A stretch of DNA of 64,000 nt, from positions 1 through 64,000 of the IMG/VR virus record IMGVR_UViG_3300044641_004147; one strand, given 5' to 3'. A program made the translations under genes and the position numbers. Within the stretch, counting starts at the first letter, position 1, and each line of letters begins with the position of its first letter. This document shows, one piece after another, positions 38,705 to 50,619 of the stretch. Below the pieces are notes generated by a model that did not search any database, was not told the origin of the DNA, and was given only the letters and a program-made list of their open reading frames with translations. This stretch comes from a virus.

Positions 38705-40663
38705 GTGGCAAATAAGAACTTTGTAGTTAAGAACGGCCTTACGGTCGGCAATTTAGACATCGTAGCAGATTCTGGTGACTTAACCACCAGCGGCAATGTC
38801 ACAGTCAATACACTCTACGCAGACACTCTGGTTAAAACCGGTGGCGGAACATTTACAGGATTTTCGGGCTCTGCAGGATCTGCAGGCTACACAGGTAGCT
38901 CAGGTAACCCGGGCGGCTACACTGGCAGTCGTGGCGACACTGGATTTACAGGCAGCACAGGCAATTTAGGCTACACTGGTAGTCAAGGTGCTGGTTTTGT
39001 AGGTAGCCAAGGTACTACAGGTTTTGTAGGCAGCAGTGGGCAATTTGGTTACACCGGCAGCGATGGTGCCACAGGTCCACAGGGCTACAGTGGTAGTCAG
39101 GGACAATCAGGCGCTACAGGCCCTACAGGTGTGGCCGGCGTTCCTGGAACTCAAGGCGCATCGGGCGTAACAGGTCCAACTGGTCCAACTGGTCCAACCG
39201 GAGCCACAGGTGCTCCAGGCCTGGGTATTAACATCAAGGGCTCAGTTGCTACAACAGGTAATTTACCCAGCACAGGCAATTTAAACAACGATTCCTATAT
39301 TGTACAAGCAGATGGACACATCTGGGTTTGGAGCGGGTCTGCTTGGTTTGATGCTGGTTTAATCTTAGGCCCAACGGGTGCCACAGGAGCCACAGGTGCT
39401 GTAGGAGCCACAGGAGCCACAGGGCCAATTGGTTTTACAGGTAGCTTTGGAGCCACAGGTGCCACAGGTGCCGTGGGCGCCACAGGTTTCACAGGATTCA
39501 TTGGTAGTCGCGGCCTGCAAGGCTTTGTGGGCAGTGTGGGTTTTGTGGGCAGTCAAGGCACAGGCTTTGTAGGTAGCCGAGGTACACTAGGATTCACAGG
39601 TAGCCAAGGCGCCGGATTTACTGGCAGTCGTGGCGAAAAAGGATTTACTGGCAGCGAAGGTAGTTTGGGTTACACTGGTAGCTCTGGCGCCACAGGACCT
39701 TCGGGTATCGCTGGCTTTTCTGGCAGTGTTGGAGCAGGTTATACAGGCAGTGAAGGAACAATAGGCTACACTGGTAGTATTGGTTACGCAGGTAGTTCTG
39801 GTGCAGGTTTTACAGGTAGTCAAGGCACCGAAGGACCATCTGGTCCGCAGGGTTTACAGGGCTTACAGGGCGTTGCTGGATTTGTAGGCAGTGTTGGCGG
39901 CCCTGGGCCATCTGGCCCATCTGGTCCAGCTGGTCCAGTTGGATACACTGGTAGTTCAGCTGAAGGCGCTGGAATAAATCCAAGTTTGGCCATTATTAAT
40001 GCCAACACCTGGACTTCGACTAGCACAACCACCGGAGCGTTACAGTTAGCCGGCGGCGCTGGCATACAGGGTAATGTTTATGTAGGCGAATCACTGTATG
40101 TTACTGGTAATATATTACCAACCAGCAATAACTTAGTAAACTTAGGTAGTCCTACACGCAGATTTAATACCCTATATGTGTCAGCTAACACCATTGACAT
40201 TGGTGGCGGCACTATTAGCCTGGATAATCTGGGTCAGTTTAACATCAAAGGTGTTCATGGTAATCTAGTCATTGGTGCAAATACAGTTAGCTTTCTGAGT
40301 AATGTAGCCAGCACTGGTTACGGCATCATGCCGCCTAATACAATTAATTTGTATCAAGCAGGTCCGTTAAAGATTATTAATGGCACTATGCGTTGGTATG
40401 CGCCATACAATTGTTTGGTAACCAAGGTCTATCCAAGAGTGGTCAGCAGTGCTGATGCAGCAGTGCATATTAGGTTGAAGAAAAATGACAATACATTAAT
40501 TACGCTGGTCATTGGCGCTAATCAATTTGATTCAGCACCATATATTGCCGGCATTAATATGTTGGCCGGAGACTATTTTACAGTAGATGTAATACAAATT
40601 GGCAGCAGTGCCAAGCCTGGTGCAGAATTGTATGTTCAGTTTCAGTACCAATTTGTGGTATAA
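38705..40663 (+). CDS. Collagen-like fibre protein (GTG start)
   Basis: NFVVKNGL N-terminus; long GFTGS/GATG/GPTG Gly-X-Y tracts; SD GGGAGA. Confidence 0.8.
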   Translation: MANKNFVVKNGLTVGNLDIVADSGDLTTSGNVTVNTLYADTLVKTGGGTFTGFSGSAGSAGYTGSSGNPGGYTGSRGDTGFTGSTGNLGYTGSQGAGFVGSQGTTGFVGSSGQFGYTGSDGATGPQGYSGSQGQSGATGPTGVAGVPGTQGASGVTGPTGPTGPTGATGAPGLGINIKGSVATTGNLPSTGNLNNDSYIVQADGHIWVWSGSAWFDAGLILGPTGATGATGAVGATGATGPIGFTGSFGATGATGAVGATGFTGFIGSRGLQGFVGSVGFVGSQGTGFVGSRGTLGFTGSQGAGFTGSRGEKGFTGSEGSLGYTGSSGATGPSGIAGFSGSVGAGYTGSEGTIGYTGSIGYAGSSGAGFTGSQGTEGPSGPQGLQGLQGVAGFVGSVGGPGPSGPSGPAGPVGYTGSSAEGAGINPSLAIINANTWTSTSTTTGALQLAGGAGIQGNVYVGESLYVTGNILPTSNNLVNLGSPTRRFNTLYVSANTIDIGGGTISLDNLGQFNIKGVHGNLVIGANTVSFLSNVASTGYGIMPPNTINLYQAGPLKIINGTMRWYAPYNCLVTKVYPRVVSSADAAVHIRLKKNDNTLITLVIGANQFDSAPYIAGINMLAGDYFTVDVIQIGSSAKPGAELYVQFQYQFVV

Positions 40664-40673
40664 TAAATATAAA

Positions 40674-40688
40674 ATGTTGGGGATTTAA
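40674..40688 (+). CDS. Putative leaderless mini-ORF MLGI abutting the 40689 start
   Basis: ATG TTG GGG ATT TAA ATG; first ATG 4 nt after TAAATA (40664-40669). Confidence 0.4.
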   Translation: MLGI

Positions 40689-42509
40689 ATGGCTATTATT
40701 AAAGTAAATGGAACAAGTATGCAGACCTGTGCAGTCTTCGAAGACACACGGCCTACAGGTAACAGGTTTTATTTTTGGCAAGACGCACACAAGGAAACAA
40801 ACTTAGAATATGTACTAACTGGCTTATTGATTCACAATACTGCCGCTACTACTATTTCAGGGTATGGATTTCCTAGTTTTAGTCCAAATACCACTGATTG
40901 GCGTCATACTGGTATATTAATGCTAGGTGGCGAAGTTGTACATTGCAGTCATCAAATTACCACTAATAACGATCGCAGAAATAACTTAGATTTCACTATG
41001 TTAACCAGCATGGATCCTGCAAATCCTACTCGCAATCATAGATATGTCACAGACACAACCGGCAACAATGCTTTATTCAGTCAGTTCAACCATATGCAGG
41101 TTCCGGCCGCTGCCCCTAGTGTTACATACCAAACAAGATATAATGTAGTTGGCGAAATAGATTCTCAACCTCCAACTAAGGCTAGCTCAGTAAACTATTA
41201 TCAAAGTTGGGCAGTTTTCTGGAGACAGAGCACCGGTAACATGATTCAAATTACCAACAACTATAACAGTTCAAGTGATACTAACTGGCCAAACCATCTC
41301 TGCCCAGGTCGTATTCAAAGTGTATTAACTGGTCCTGGTACTACTACATTAACCTATGCTGCCCCGACTACTTATCAAAACGTTATGTTCCAGTTTTTAG
41401 GAATAGCCACAAACGGTCAGGCTATATTTTTAAACAACTCTCTGGATAACGATCACACGCAATTATTGATGCGTTATAATGATGTTGACAATACTATAAC
41501 AACATTGGCAACATTTAACGCAGCCGTGACCGCAGCCGGGACCAGTGCTGGTGGCAGTCGCGGAACAGCACATGGAAATACACTGACTAAATTTAGCAGT
41601 AAAACATTTACAGATCCTACCAGCGCCGGTAATACTGCATGGTACACACCATTTGTTGATAGCTCGGGTAACTTCCATCCGCACTTTTTCCAGTGGAATA
41701 GAACTGCTGATACATTTACTCGTAACAGTAATATCACAGTTAACTGGGGTGCTGGTACTAACCAAAGTACAAACTGGTTACCGGACACCCTGAGTGCAGC
41801 CAGCTCGTCGACTGTGCATATGATTCAGCGTTTCTGGTATAACGAAACATTTACAGTATCTGGCACCAGATACTTAACATTGATTCAATGTCACGGGTCC
41901 GGTGCAGTCTATGACAGTGAACCTAAATATAGAACATTTATAACTTTCAGCATTGATGCAGCTGATCCAAAGATCTTAAACTATCACAGTCGTGCAATTA
42001 TTCCTGTGACACCTAAGAATATTATCTGGCTCAATGACGATCGTACACAGATGGGTGTGTTTACCTGGAATAACTTCTACATCTATACATTTACAGCAGG
42101 CAGTGGCTGGAGTCAAACTGCCAACTTACCATTTAGATTCGAAGCAGTGGGCCGAGACCAACTTGGAAGAATCTGGGCCGTGGACGGTGGACAATACACT
42201 TTTGGCAGATTGCACTTGATTACACCAGCTGTGCCAACCACAGTGTCTGTGGTCATGGCTCAAAGCAATTATAATTATCAAGGTTCAGTGGTTAATACCA
42301 CTGCTACAGTAAATGCCTATGACCAATCTGGCAATAGAATAGCCGCAGTGGTTACACTGAAGATCGAAGGCAGTTCAATGCGTTTGGTCAGCGGCGGCAC
42401 AGAATACACAGAGCTAGCAGTGACTACATCTAACAGTGCAGATACCACTGTTAATATCAGAGTAGTTGCAGCCGGAACCAGCAACATTGTTGCTTCCGTT
42501 AACATTTAA
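40689..42509 (+). CDS. Putative receptor-binding/virion protein, paralogue of 42782 ORF
   Basis: Shares F.DPTSAGN.AWYTP..DSSG.FHP.FFQWNRT.DTFTRN and C-terminal Ig-like domain. Confidence 0.7.
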   Translation: MAIIKVNGTSMQTCAVFEDTRPTGNRFYFWQDAHKETNLEYVLTGLLIHNTAATTISGYGFPSFSPNTTDWRHTGILMLGGEVVHCSHQITTNNDRRNNLDFTMLTSMDPANPTRNHRYVTDTTGNNALFSQFNHMQVPAAAPSVTYQTRYNVVGEIDSQPPTKASSVNYYQSWAVFWRQSTGNMIQITNNYNSSSDTNWPNHLCPGRIQSVLTGPGTTTLTYAAPTTYQNVMFQFLGIATNGQAIFLNNSLDNDHTQLLMRYNDVDNTITTLATFNAAVTAAGTSAGGSRGTAHGNTLTKFSSKTFTDPTSAGNTAWYTPFVDSSGNFHPHFFQWNRTADTFTRNSNITVNWGAGTNQSTNWLPDTLSAASSSTVHMIQRFWYNETFTVSGTRYLTLIQCHGSGAVYDSEPKYRTFITFSIDAADPKILNYHSRAIIPVTPKNIIWLNDDRTQMGVFTWNNFYIYTFTAGSGWSQTANLPFRFEAVGRDQLGRIWAVDGGQYTFGRLHLITPAVPTTVSVVMAQSNYNYQGSVVNTTATVNAYDQSGNRIAAVVTLKIEGSSMRLVSGGTEYTELAVTTSNSADTTVNIRVVAAGTSNIVASVNI

Positions 42510-42520
42510 GAGAGAGTAAC

Positions 42521-42772
42521 ATGGGAACTAAAATTGTAGAGAAAAAAGGCCAGGGAGCCGACGGAAACGAAATCACTGTGAAAAAGATTCAATTGAGTTT
42601 TGACGGTACTAATCTCAATGCATCGGAGCTTAGAAACGACGAATCCGGTACCGAAGTTGCAACACTGTACTTGGTACAGCCGTGGAAATGTTTTTCGGAT
42701 GGTACCATTGGTAATTTTACTTCAGAAGAAGATGCATTTAACTGGGCAGAAGATAATCTGTACCTGTTCTAA
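42521..42772 (+). CDS. Small acidic hypothetical protein (possible chaperone)
   Basis: QPW.....G....F..EE.A..W; lies between the paralogous pair. Confidence 0.65.
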   Translation: MGTKIVEKKGQGADGNEITVKKIQLSFDGTNLNASELRNDESGTEVATLYLVQPWKCFSDGTIGNFTSEEDAFNWAEDNLYLF

Positions 42773-42781
42773 GGACTAACC

Positions 42782-44692
42782 ATGGCAATTTTAAAAAATA
42801 TATACTATCCAGTTATAACCGCAGCAGTCACTGAAGATCCTACTCCGGGCAGCAGCAAAATTTATATGCAATTTGAAGCATATGATCGTGTGACACTGTC
42901 ACCGCTGTTTAATCAAGGATTGAATCACAGTACCACTGGAGTTGATTTTGCTGGGTTTGGCTCCAGTTATGTAAGAAATGATAGCTGGCAAGCCGGGCAG
43001 ATGGGAAAACTATTGCTCAATGGACCGGTAACTGAAGTGAACATATCTAACACCAGTAACAACAGTATTTGGAACATGGTCGATCCTACCATGTGGCACA
43101 GCATGGACCCTACTAGGCCTATTCGTAAGGTCAGATATGACACCAACGGAACGACTTCAGTCATAGGAATGTACGCTCCAAAGATTGTAGGACCCGACGA
43201 CGGTCGTGGCGCCGCCAACGGTACCTGGGCAGAAGCCGGTGACGGCCATTGTTGGACACAGACCTGCTTGCGTTACAATCCAGTAAACATGGAAAGTTCG
43301 TTGCCTTACTCAAATCTCCGCCGAGGCAATCAAGGTGCAGGTACTCACGGTATGCGAGCCGGCATGTGTTTTTACCCAGTGTATTTTAACACCAGCACCG
43401 GTAACATGGTTATGTTGCAGTGGGCTGGCGCAAGAACTAGTCCCGACAACGACAACAACAACACTCCTGGTTATAACAGAGCACCATCCACTGGTTATGG
43501 AGCTAGATTCACTAACTACCTGAGTACTTCCTACGGCTGGTCAGGAAATACATCAACTTATTTCCAAAATAGAAATTCACAGTTCTTAGGCGTCGACACC
43601 GGTGGCCGCGCTATATTTTTAATCAACGATGTAGCATCTGATTTCACCCAACAAGTTATCAGATATTTTGATGTGGATAATACCACTTCGGTGTTGTTTA
43701 CTAATACCACTGCTCCTTCGGCTGCTGGTACTAATGCCGGTGGCAACAGAGATACTGCATATGGCAGTTATTTTGCAAAATACAGTACCTTGACTTTTAG
43801 CGACCCTACCAGTGCTGGTAATGTAGCATGGTATACTCCTTATTTTGACAGCTCGGGTAAATTCCATCCATTTTTCTTTCAATGGAATAGAACCACAGAT
43901 ACATTTACTCGAAACAATGACATAACTGTTAACTGGGCTGGTGCAACAAACCAAGAAAATATTTGGAGTCCTGACACAATTACGGGTAGTATGAATAACT
44001 CAGCCTTTGGGTTACAGAGATTTGTGTTTACTGATACATGGACTGTAAGCTCTACTAGATATCTAATGTTTGGTCAAGTCCACGGAACCGGAACTGTTTA
44101 CGATAACATACCCAAGGCAAGAACTTTTGTAGTGTTTACAGTAGATGCGGCTAACCCAAAACTGTTAACATATCATAGCTCTATAACAATTCCTACAACA
44201 CCTAGAAATATAATCTACTTTAACGAAAACACTAGGACACAAATGGGAGTGTTTTCTGCATCGGCCTTTTACACATATAACTTTGCGCCAGGAACTGGCT
44301 GGGTATTAACTGGCACATTGCCGTTTACTTTTGCTGCCTGCGGTGTAGACAGCCTGGGTAGAATTTGGGCCATGGCACCAGGTCCGCATGGCTACGGTGA
44401 AATACACATGATTACATTGAATGTACCAGTGACCATTTCTGTGACTTCTCCACAGATCAGTTACAATTTTACTGGTACAAATATTAATTCTTCATTAACT
44501 GTCAATGCCTATGATACCGCAGGAGCAAGAATAGCTGTGGCTGTCAAACTGGTCATCGATGGAGGTTCAATGACCTTTGCCGGCAGCACATTGACTACTA
44601 CTATAAATACTTCGGCTTCTGCTGATACTACTGTTCCGGTTGTTATTACAGGTTCGGGCATCAGTAACGTTATTGCCAGCGTAGTGTTGTAA
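42782..44692 (+). CDS. Putative receptor-binding/virion protein, paralogue of 40689 ORF
   Basis: Conserved C-terminal half, divergent N-terminal half. Confidence 0.7.
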   Translation: MAILKNIYYPVITAAVTEDPTPGSSKIYMQFEAYDRVTLSPLFNQGLNHSTTGVDFAGFGSSYVRNDSWQAGQMGKLLLNGPVTEVNISNTSNNSIWNMVDPTMWHSMDPTRPIRKVRYDTNGTTSVIGMYAPKIVGPDDGRGAANGTWAEAGDGHCWTQTCLRYNPVNMESSLPYSNLRRGNQGAGTHGMRAGMCFYPVYFNTSTGNMVMLQWAGARTSPDNDNNNTPGYNRAPSTGYGARFTNYLSTSYGWSGNTSTYFQNRNSQFLGVDTGGRAIFLINDVASDFTQQVIRYFDVDNTTSVLFTNTTAPSAAGTNAGGNRDTAYGSYFAKYSTLTFSDPTSAGNVAWYTPYFDSSGKFHPFFFQWNRTTDTFTRNNDITVNWAGATNQENIWSPDTITGSMNNSAFGLQRFVFTDTWTVSSTRYLMFGQVHGTGTVYDNIPKARTFVVFTVDAANPKLLTYHSSITIPTTPRNIIYFNENTRTQMGVFSASAFYTYNFAPGTGWVLTGTLPFTFAACGVDSLGRIWAMAPGPHGYGEIHMITLNVPVTISVTSPQISYNFTGTNINSSLTVNAYDTAGARIAVAVKLVIDGGSMTFAGSTLTTTINTSASADTTVPVVITGSGISNVIASVVL

Positions 44693-44708
44693 TCAAAGGA
44701 TAAGAACA

Positions 44709-47700
44709 GTGACTCAAGCCACCGGCGGTACAATATCGTACTATATTAGAAACAATGTTGCTTACAAAGTACATACATTTACTACCAGCAGTACTTTAAC
44801 TGTAACCGAAACAGGCAACATTGACATTTTAGCTGTAGCCGGCGGTGGTGCCGGGCATGGCTATGTTGGCGGTGGAGGTGGTGCTGGTGGACTACTGTAT
44901 CAAACAAACTTATCAATTGCCAGTAATTTAACTATTACCATTGGTGCTGGATCCACTGGTGCTCAATACGGAACTACACAAGACGCTGCCAATTCGGCCG
45001 CCGGTGGGAACACCACTGTAACAGGCACTGGCGTAAGTTTAACTGCTGTTGGCGGAGGTAGTGGCGGTGGATATTCGGACTCCAATGGCAGTGCTGGTGG
45101 ATCTGGCGGTGGTGTTGGTGGCGAGCAAACCGGCGGCGGTACTGGCGGTGCTGCCACTGGCAGTCAGGGTAACCGAGGCGGAAATAGCGTAAGTGGGCGC
45201 AGTGGTAATGCTACCGGAGGTGGTGGTGGCGGTGGTGCAGGTGCTGTTGGTGGCAACAGCATAGGAGCAGGTACAACCACAGCTGGATCAGGTGGTGCAG
45301 GTAAACGCGAAGGTGTGGACTTTTTCATTGATGGCTCTGGGCTATGGTATGCAGGCGGTGGTGGTGGTGGCATGTTCAATGCTGGAACTGCTGTGGCCAC
45401 CGGTGGCAATGGCGGAGCTGGTGGAGGTGGCGGTGGTGGCGCTTTTGGCAGTGTAAGCACTCCCGGTGCCGGAGGAATTGGCCGCAACACTGGCGGAATT
45501 GGTCAAGGCAGTGATACTGCTGGACGAGGTGGCGACGGCGGAGCCAATACCGGTGGCGGCGGCGGCGGAGTAGGTCACTATAGCACAGGAACTAACGGCA
45601 GAGCCGGATCTGGTGGATCCGGTATTGTTATTGTTCGGTATTCATTTACACCCACAGGATTAACTGCTACACGAAATTCTGCAACACTGACACTAAACAA
45701 ATACGCAACCAATACCAGTACAGCACCAGTGACTGGCACCAGTGGCTCTAATGTTTACTCGTATTCTATTAGCCCTGCACTGCCAACGGGTTTATCTATT
45801 AACACCAGTACCGGTGCCATTGTTGGACAACCGCAGACTGCGGTCACTGGTGTTACCTATACGGTTACAGTCAATGATGGATTTATTTCCGAAAGCAATA
45901 CATTTAGTCTAACTACCACTACAAATTTGGCAACATCTATTGAAGCTGCCGGAGGTAGTTTAGGTTATTACTATAACAGTACTAGAAATACAATTTACAA
46001 AACACACACATTTACTTCAGCAGGAAATCTAGTGGTAACCACTCCGGGTACTATTACCATTTCTGCCTGGGGTGGAGGTGGTGGTGGTGGTTGGACCGCA
46101 GGATCCGGTGCAGGTGGCGCTGGAGCTTTTGTACAGGGCGATTTTGCAGCCAGTGTAGCATCTTACGGCATTGTAGCCGGAGGTGGTGGTTTGTCAAGAG
46201 CCAACGATGTTGGCCCCGGCGCAGCCCCAACTGGTGGCGGTGGCTTGCCAGGTAACGCAGGTTACGGTGGCCAAGGTGGTGGATACAGTGGATTTTTTGC
46301 AACCACTACTATTAATCAAGCTGGAGCATTATTGATTGCCGGTGGTGGTGGTGGTGGTGGCTGGGAAGGCAGGGCCGGCGGTGCTGCCGGAATTGCCGTA
46401 GGAAGCCCGGGGCAAGACGGAACAACATATGGCGGCCGCGGTGGCAGTCAAACAGCCGGTGGCTATTCGGCCAGTGGAGCCGGCAGCGCACTACAAGGTG
46501 GTAATATTGCTGCTCAAGGTGACGGAGGTGGTGGCGGAGGCGGCGGCGCTGGCTACTTTGGCGGAGGCGGTGGAACCAGTGACGGTACCGGATCTGGCGG
46601 CGGAGGTGGCAGCAGCTATTTTGCCGGCAACATAACCACTACTACAGGCGAAGCCGGCTCGGGAACGATATCTGGCGGAACTACCAGTGCATTATATCGT
46701 GGTTGGGGTATAGGAGGAGCGTCCGGGGCAAATAACGGAAATCCTGGCGCAGTGATTGTATCTTATCCGTTTGAGCCTTCGCCGTTGATAACAACAGTTG
46801 CAACTCCTAGTGTAACTTTAAATCGTTGGACCAATAACGGCGGCGTGACACCAATTACAGTCACTGGTGGACTGGCACCATATTATTACACAGTAAGTCC
46901 TGCAGTACCAGCAGGGCTACATTTTAATACATCAACTGGACAAATAACCGGTCAACCAATTACGGCCACTGCATCAACTGTTTATACTGTTACTGTAAGA
47001 GATTCTACTATTACTCTACTTGGAGCACCAGTTAATAGCGCCATCGATACTTTTACGCTGACAACTACTATAACATTACCCGGTGCCCAAACAGTCACTG
47101 GAGGCAGTACATCTACTACTTCTGCTAACGGACTAAACTATCAAGTACATACATTTACATCTTCGGGCAATTTAACTCTAGGTCAAACAACTACACTAGA
47201 GTATCTTGCAGTAGCCGGTGGTGGAGGTGGTGGCGGACGACATGGTGGAGGTGGTGGCGGTGGCGGATTAGTTACCGGCACCATAGCTTTACCTGCTGGT
47301 ACATATCCAATTATTGTAGGAGCCGGTGGCTCGGGAGCACAAACTGACACACAGGGTATCGATGGTGTTGATTCGGGTATAATTCAAAGTCTGCAACACG
47401 GCTCTGGTGAGTTTGATGGCAGATCAAGCTATATACAGTTGGCTAATAGTACAGCACTGGCATTAAATGGAGTGTCTTGGACTATAGAATGTTGGGTAAT
47501 GCCAACTGGTGATTACTCAGGACAAGGTAGAACTATTTTCAGTAAGCGAGTGTCTGGCGCTACAACTACTGCATATTATGGATATTTACAGGCAACAACT
47601 GGATTTGTAGGATACTACAACGGAACAACAGAATTAACATCATCGACTGTGCTTACTCCTAGAGTATGGAGTCATATTGCATGGGTTTACAACGGTACTA

Positions 47701-50588
47701 ACATAAGAATTTTTGTAAACGGAGTATCTGTATTAAACACTGCAACAGCAGTTAGTGAAATCAATGAGCCATTGGTAATTGGTGGAACACGGGGATACAA
47801 TGCTTGGTTCCATGGATACATAAGTAACCTTAGAATTGTTAAGGGTACAACACTGTACACAGCAGACTTTACACCGCCTATAGGCCCATTAACAGCTATC
47901 AGCGGAACAAGTTTGCTAACACTACAACATCCAACTGCTTGGGTAGATAGTTCAACCAATGCGGCTGCTATCACTACCAGCGGCACTCCAGTACAGAGTC
48001 CGTTTAACCCATTTAACAATCTGGATGCATCCGGGGGCGGTGGTGGCGGTTCTTATTCTAGTAACGCACCAACTGCGGGTCGTGTTGGAGGATCTGGTGG
48101 CGGCGGCGGTACCAGCGGGGCAGCTGGCGGCGCAGCCTGGATAGGACAGGGCAACGCAGGTGGACAAGGTAACAACGACGAAGGTGGTGGCGGTGGTGGC
48201 GCCGGCACTCCTGGTCAAACTGCTGTAGGCAGTGTTTATGCTGGTGCTGGTGGTACGGGCGCAATATCAAACATTGACGGTCTAAACTATTACTATGCAG
48301 GTGGCGGTGGCGGTGGATCTTGGCAACAAATTGCCGGCGCCGGCGGACTTGGCGGTGGTGGCGGTGGTGGTGGTGGCGATACGGCAACAACCAATGCTGG
48401 TGCAGGTGGCACCGGCGGCCGCACCAATGGTGCTGCTGGTGTAGCAGGATTTAGTGGAAATGTCAACGGCGGTGCTGGCGGAGCCAACACTGGTGGCGGT
48501 GGCGGATCCAGCGGTCAGCGTGACTTCCAAAGCTATACTGGCGTAGGCGGCAATGGTGGTTCGGGTATTATAATCGTTAGATACATTACCGGTCCTGGGC
48601 AGTTGTTAACTTCAAAAGTAATACCAGAAGTATTATTTGGAAAGTACGATAATACACCACAGATTCCGGTCGCTCCAATTGGTGGAACAGCACCATACAC
48701 TTAGTCTATTAGTCCCAGCTTACCTGATGGCGTGTTATTTTCCTCTGGTAACGGTGCGGTGTACGGTACACCATCTGTGGCAGTATACGATGCTACTTAT
48801 ACTGTTTCTATCACAGACTCATCAGCAACACCGGTTACTGCAACAAATACCTTTGTATTGAGCACCAGCGTTAGCTATCAATATGCCATAGATTTAGTGG
48901 CAAATAGGCTGTTAAAAATTACCACTGAATATGGAATTTCAGACACCGACAGACGATCGGCTTATATCGAAAGTCCGGGCGCACAGATCATTACAAATAA
49001 CTTACAGTCTAATAACAAATCTTTGATATACGGCAATGTGTTGTCTGTGTCTAGTCTGGCTAATGTTACATATGGAATTGGCCCGGATATAGTAACCACA
49101 GTCACAGTGCCCACTACATTTAATAACTATGTCAATGTCGGTGGAAACCTAAAGACATATTACGGTAATATTGTGGCCAATGTCAGTGGATTCTTTTTAT
49201 CTAATGCATTTTATGGCACAGCGGGCTCATACACCTGGACTGTGCCTGCTGGAGTATCTAGTATCAGTGTTGCCGGAGTTGGTGGCGGTGGTGGTGGAAG
49301 CCAAAAAACTACCGGAGGTTCTGGTGGCGGTGGTGGTCAGTTAACCTATATCAACAATGTACCAGTTACTCCCGGGGATACTTATACCATTGTTATTGGT
49401 ACCGGGGGCAACACTGGCAGTAACTTTGGTGTCAGTGGTGGTGATACCTACATGTTCAAAAACACAGGAAATACTGTGCCAATATTATTGGCCACCGGCG
49501 GTCGTGGTGGAGACAGCATGTACTGGACAGACACTTCTAGTTTTGTTTCGGTATCTAGCTCTCCGGCATCAATGTCATTTTACACATTTCGGGCCACGAG
49601 TCCGTTGAATCAAACTATAACCTATAGTTTTTCTGGACCATTACCCGGTAATGTTACTGTAAATTCTTCTACTGGTGTATTGGGCGGAGTGCCCGAAACA
49701 GTAGGAAATGTAACCAATTATCCAATCACTGTGTCGGCAGTGACCACAGCACAAACAATTACAAAGCCATTTACTTTGACAGTTAGACCATTAACTGAAG
49801 TTACTTATGTTGCAATCGGTGGAAATACATTAGGAACTGCTACCACAGGATCCTTTACAGTGTTAAACACACCTTTTGTTGATGTTTGGGGATGTGCCGG
49901 CGGTGGTTCTACAATTGCGCCAGGAGCTGAACCGGGAGCCGGCGGTGGTGGCGGTGGCGCTAGCCAACTGAATGGTTATAGACTGACCGTGACTCCCGGG
50001 GAAACACTTACTTATAGTATTGGAAGTTATGGTCAGCCTACTACTATCAGTCGTGGCGGTACGGTCATCTTCCAATTAAATGCTGGTAGTAGTACTACCA
50101 ATTCTACTGGTGGTGCCGGCGGCACTGCTAACAGTTATTCAAGTCATGCGGGTGGTGCAGGCGCCAACGGAGGTGGAAGATTCACCGGAGGCAGCACCGC
50201 ATCCAATGTGACTGGTTGTGCCGGCGGAGGTGGTGGCGGCGGCTACGGTGATAATAGTCCTTATACCCTTGGCGGGGCAGGCGGCAATGGCGGCACTAGC
50301 AGCGTTCCGGCTGGATCAATTTGTATCGGCAGCATAGGGGGCACAGGTGGTGCTAGAACCAATCCACCAACAAGAGGTGGAAACATACTATTGGCTGAAG
50401 GCGGTAGAGTCACCAACGAAGGCTGGCAAGGCATGGGCGGTGGAGCAGGAGGAGGAATTAAGATAAATGCTATCAGCACTACCAATTTCTACGGAGGTGG
50501 CGCTGGTGGCGCTGGTGCTGTATATACAGCTAACCAAACACCCGGTGGACCTGGTTGCCTCTACGTATATTGGAATGCTAACAGTTAA
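44709..50588 (+). CDS. Giant glycine-rich/Ig/LamG fibre gene (~1959 aa) interrupted by one in-frame TAG at 48702-48704 (annotated as ORFs 44709..48704 and 48732..50588)
   Basis: Both ORFs share one frame; reading through gives APYT*SISPSLPDGVLF, matching upstream Ig repeats VYSYSISPALPTGLSI and APYYYTVSPAVPAGLHF. Confidence 0.75.
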
Positions 50589-50619
50589 ATACTGACATAA
50601 AGAATTTAAGGAAATATAA

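Noticed and set aside
48732-50588. Independent 618-aa gene starting at GTG 48732
   Set aside because: Starts mid-Ig-domain without an SD; better explained as the continuation of the 44709 gene past the TAG.
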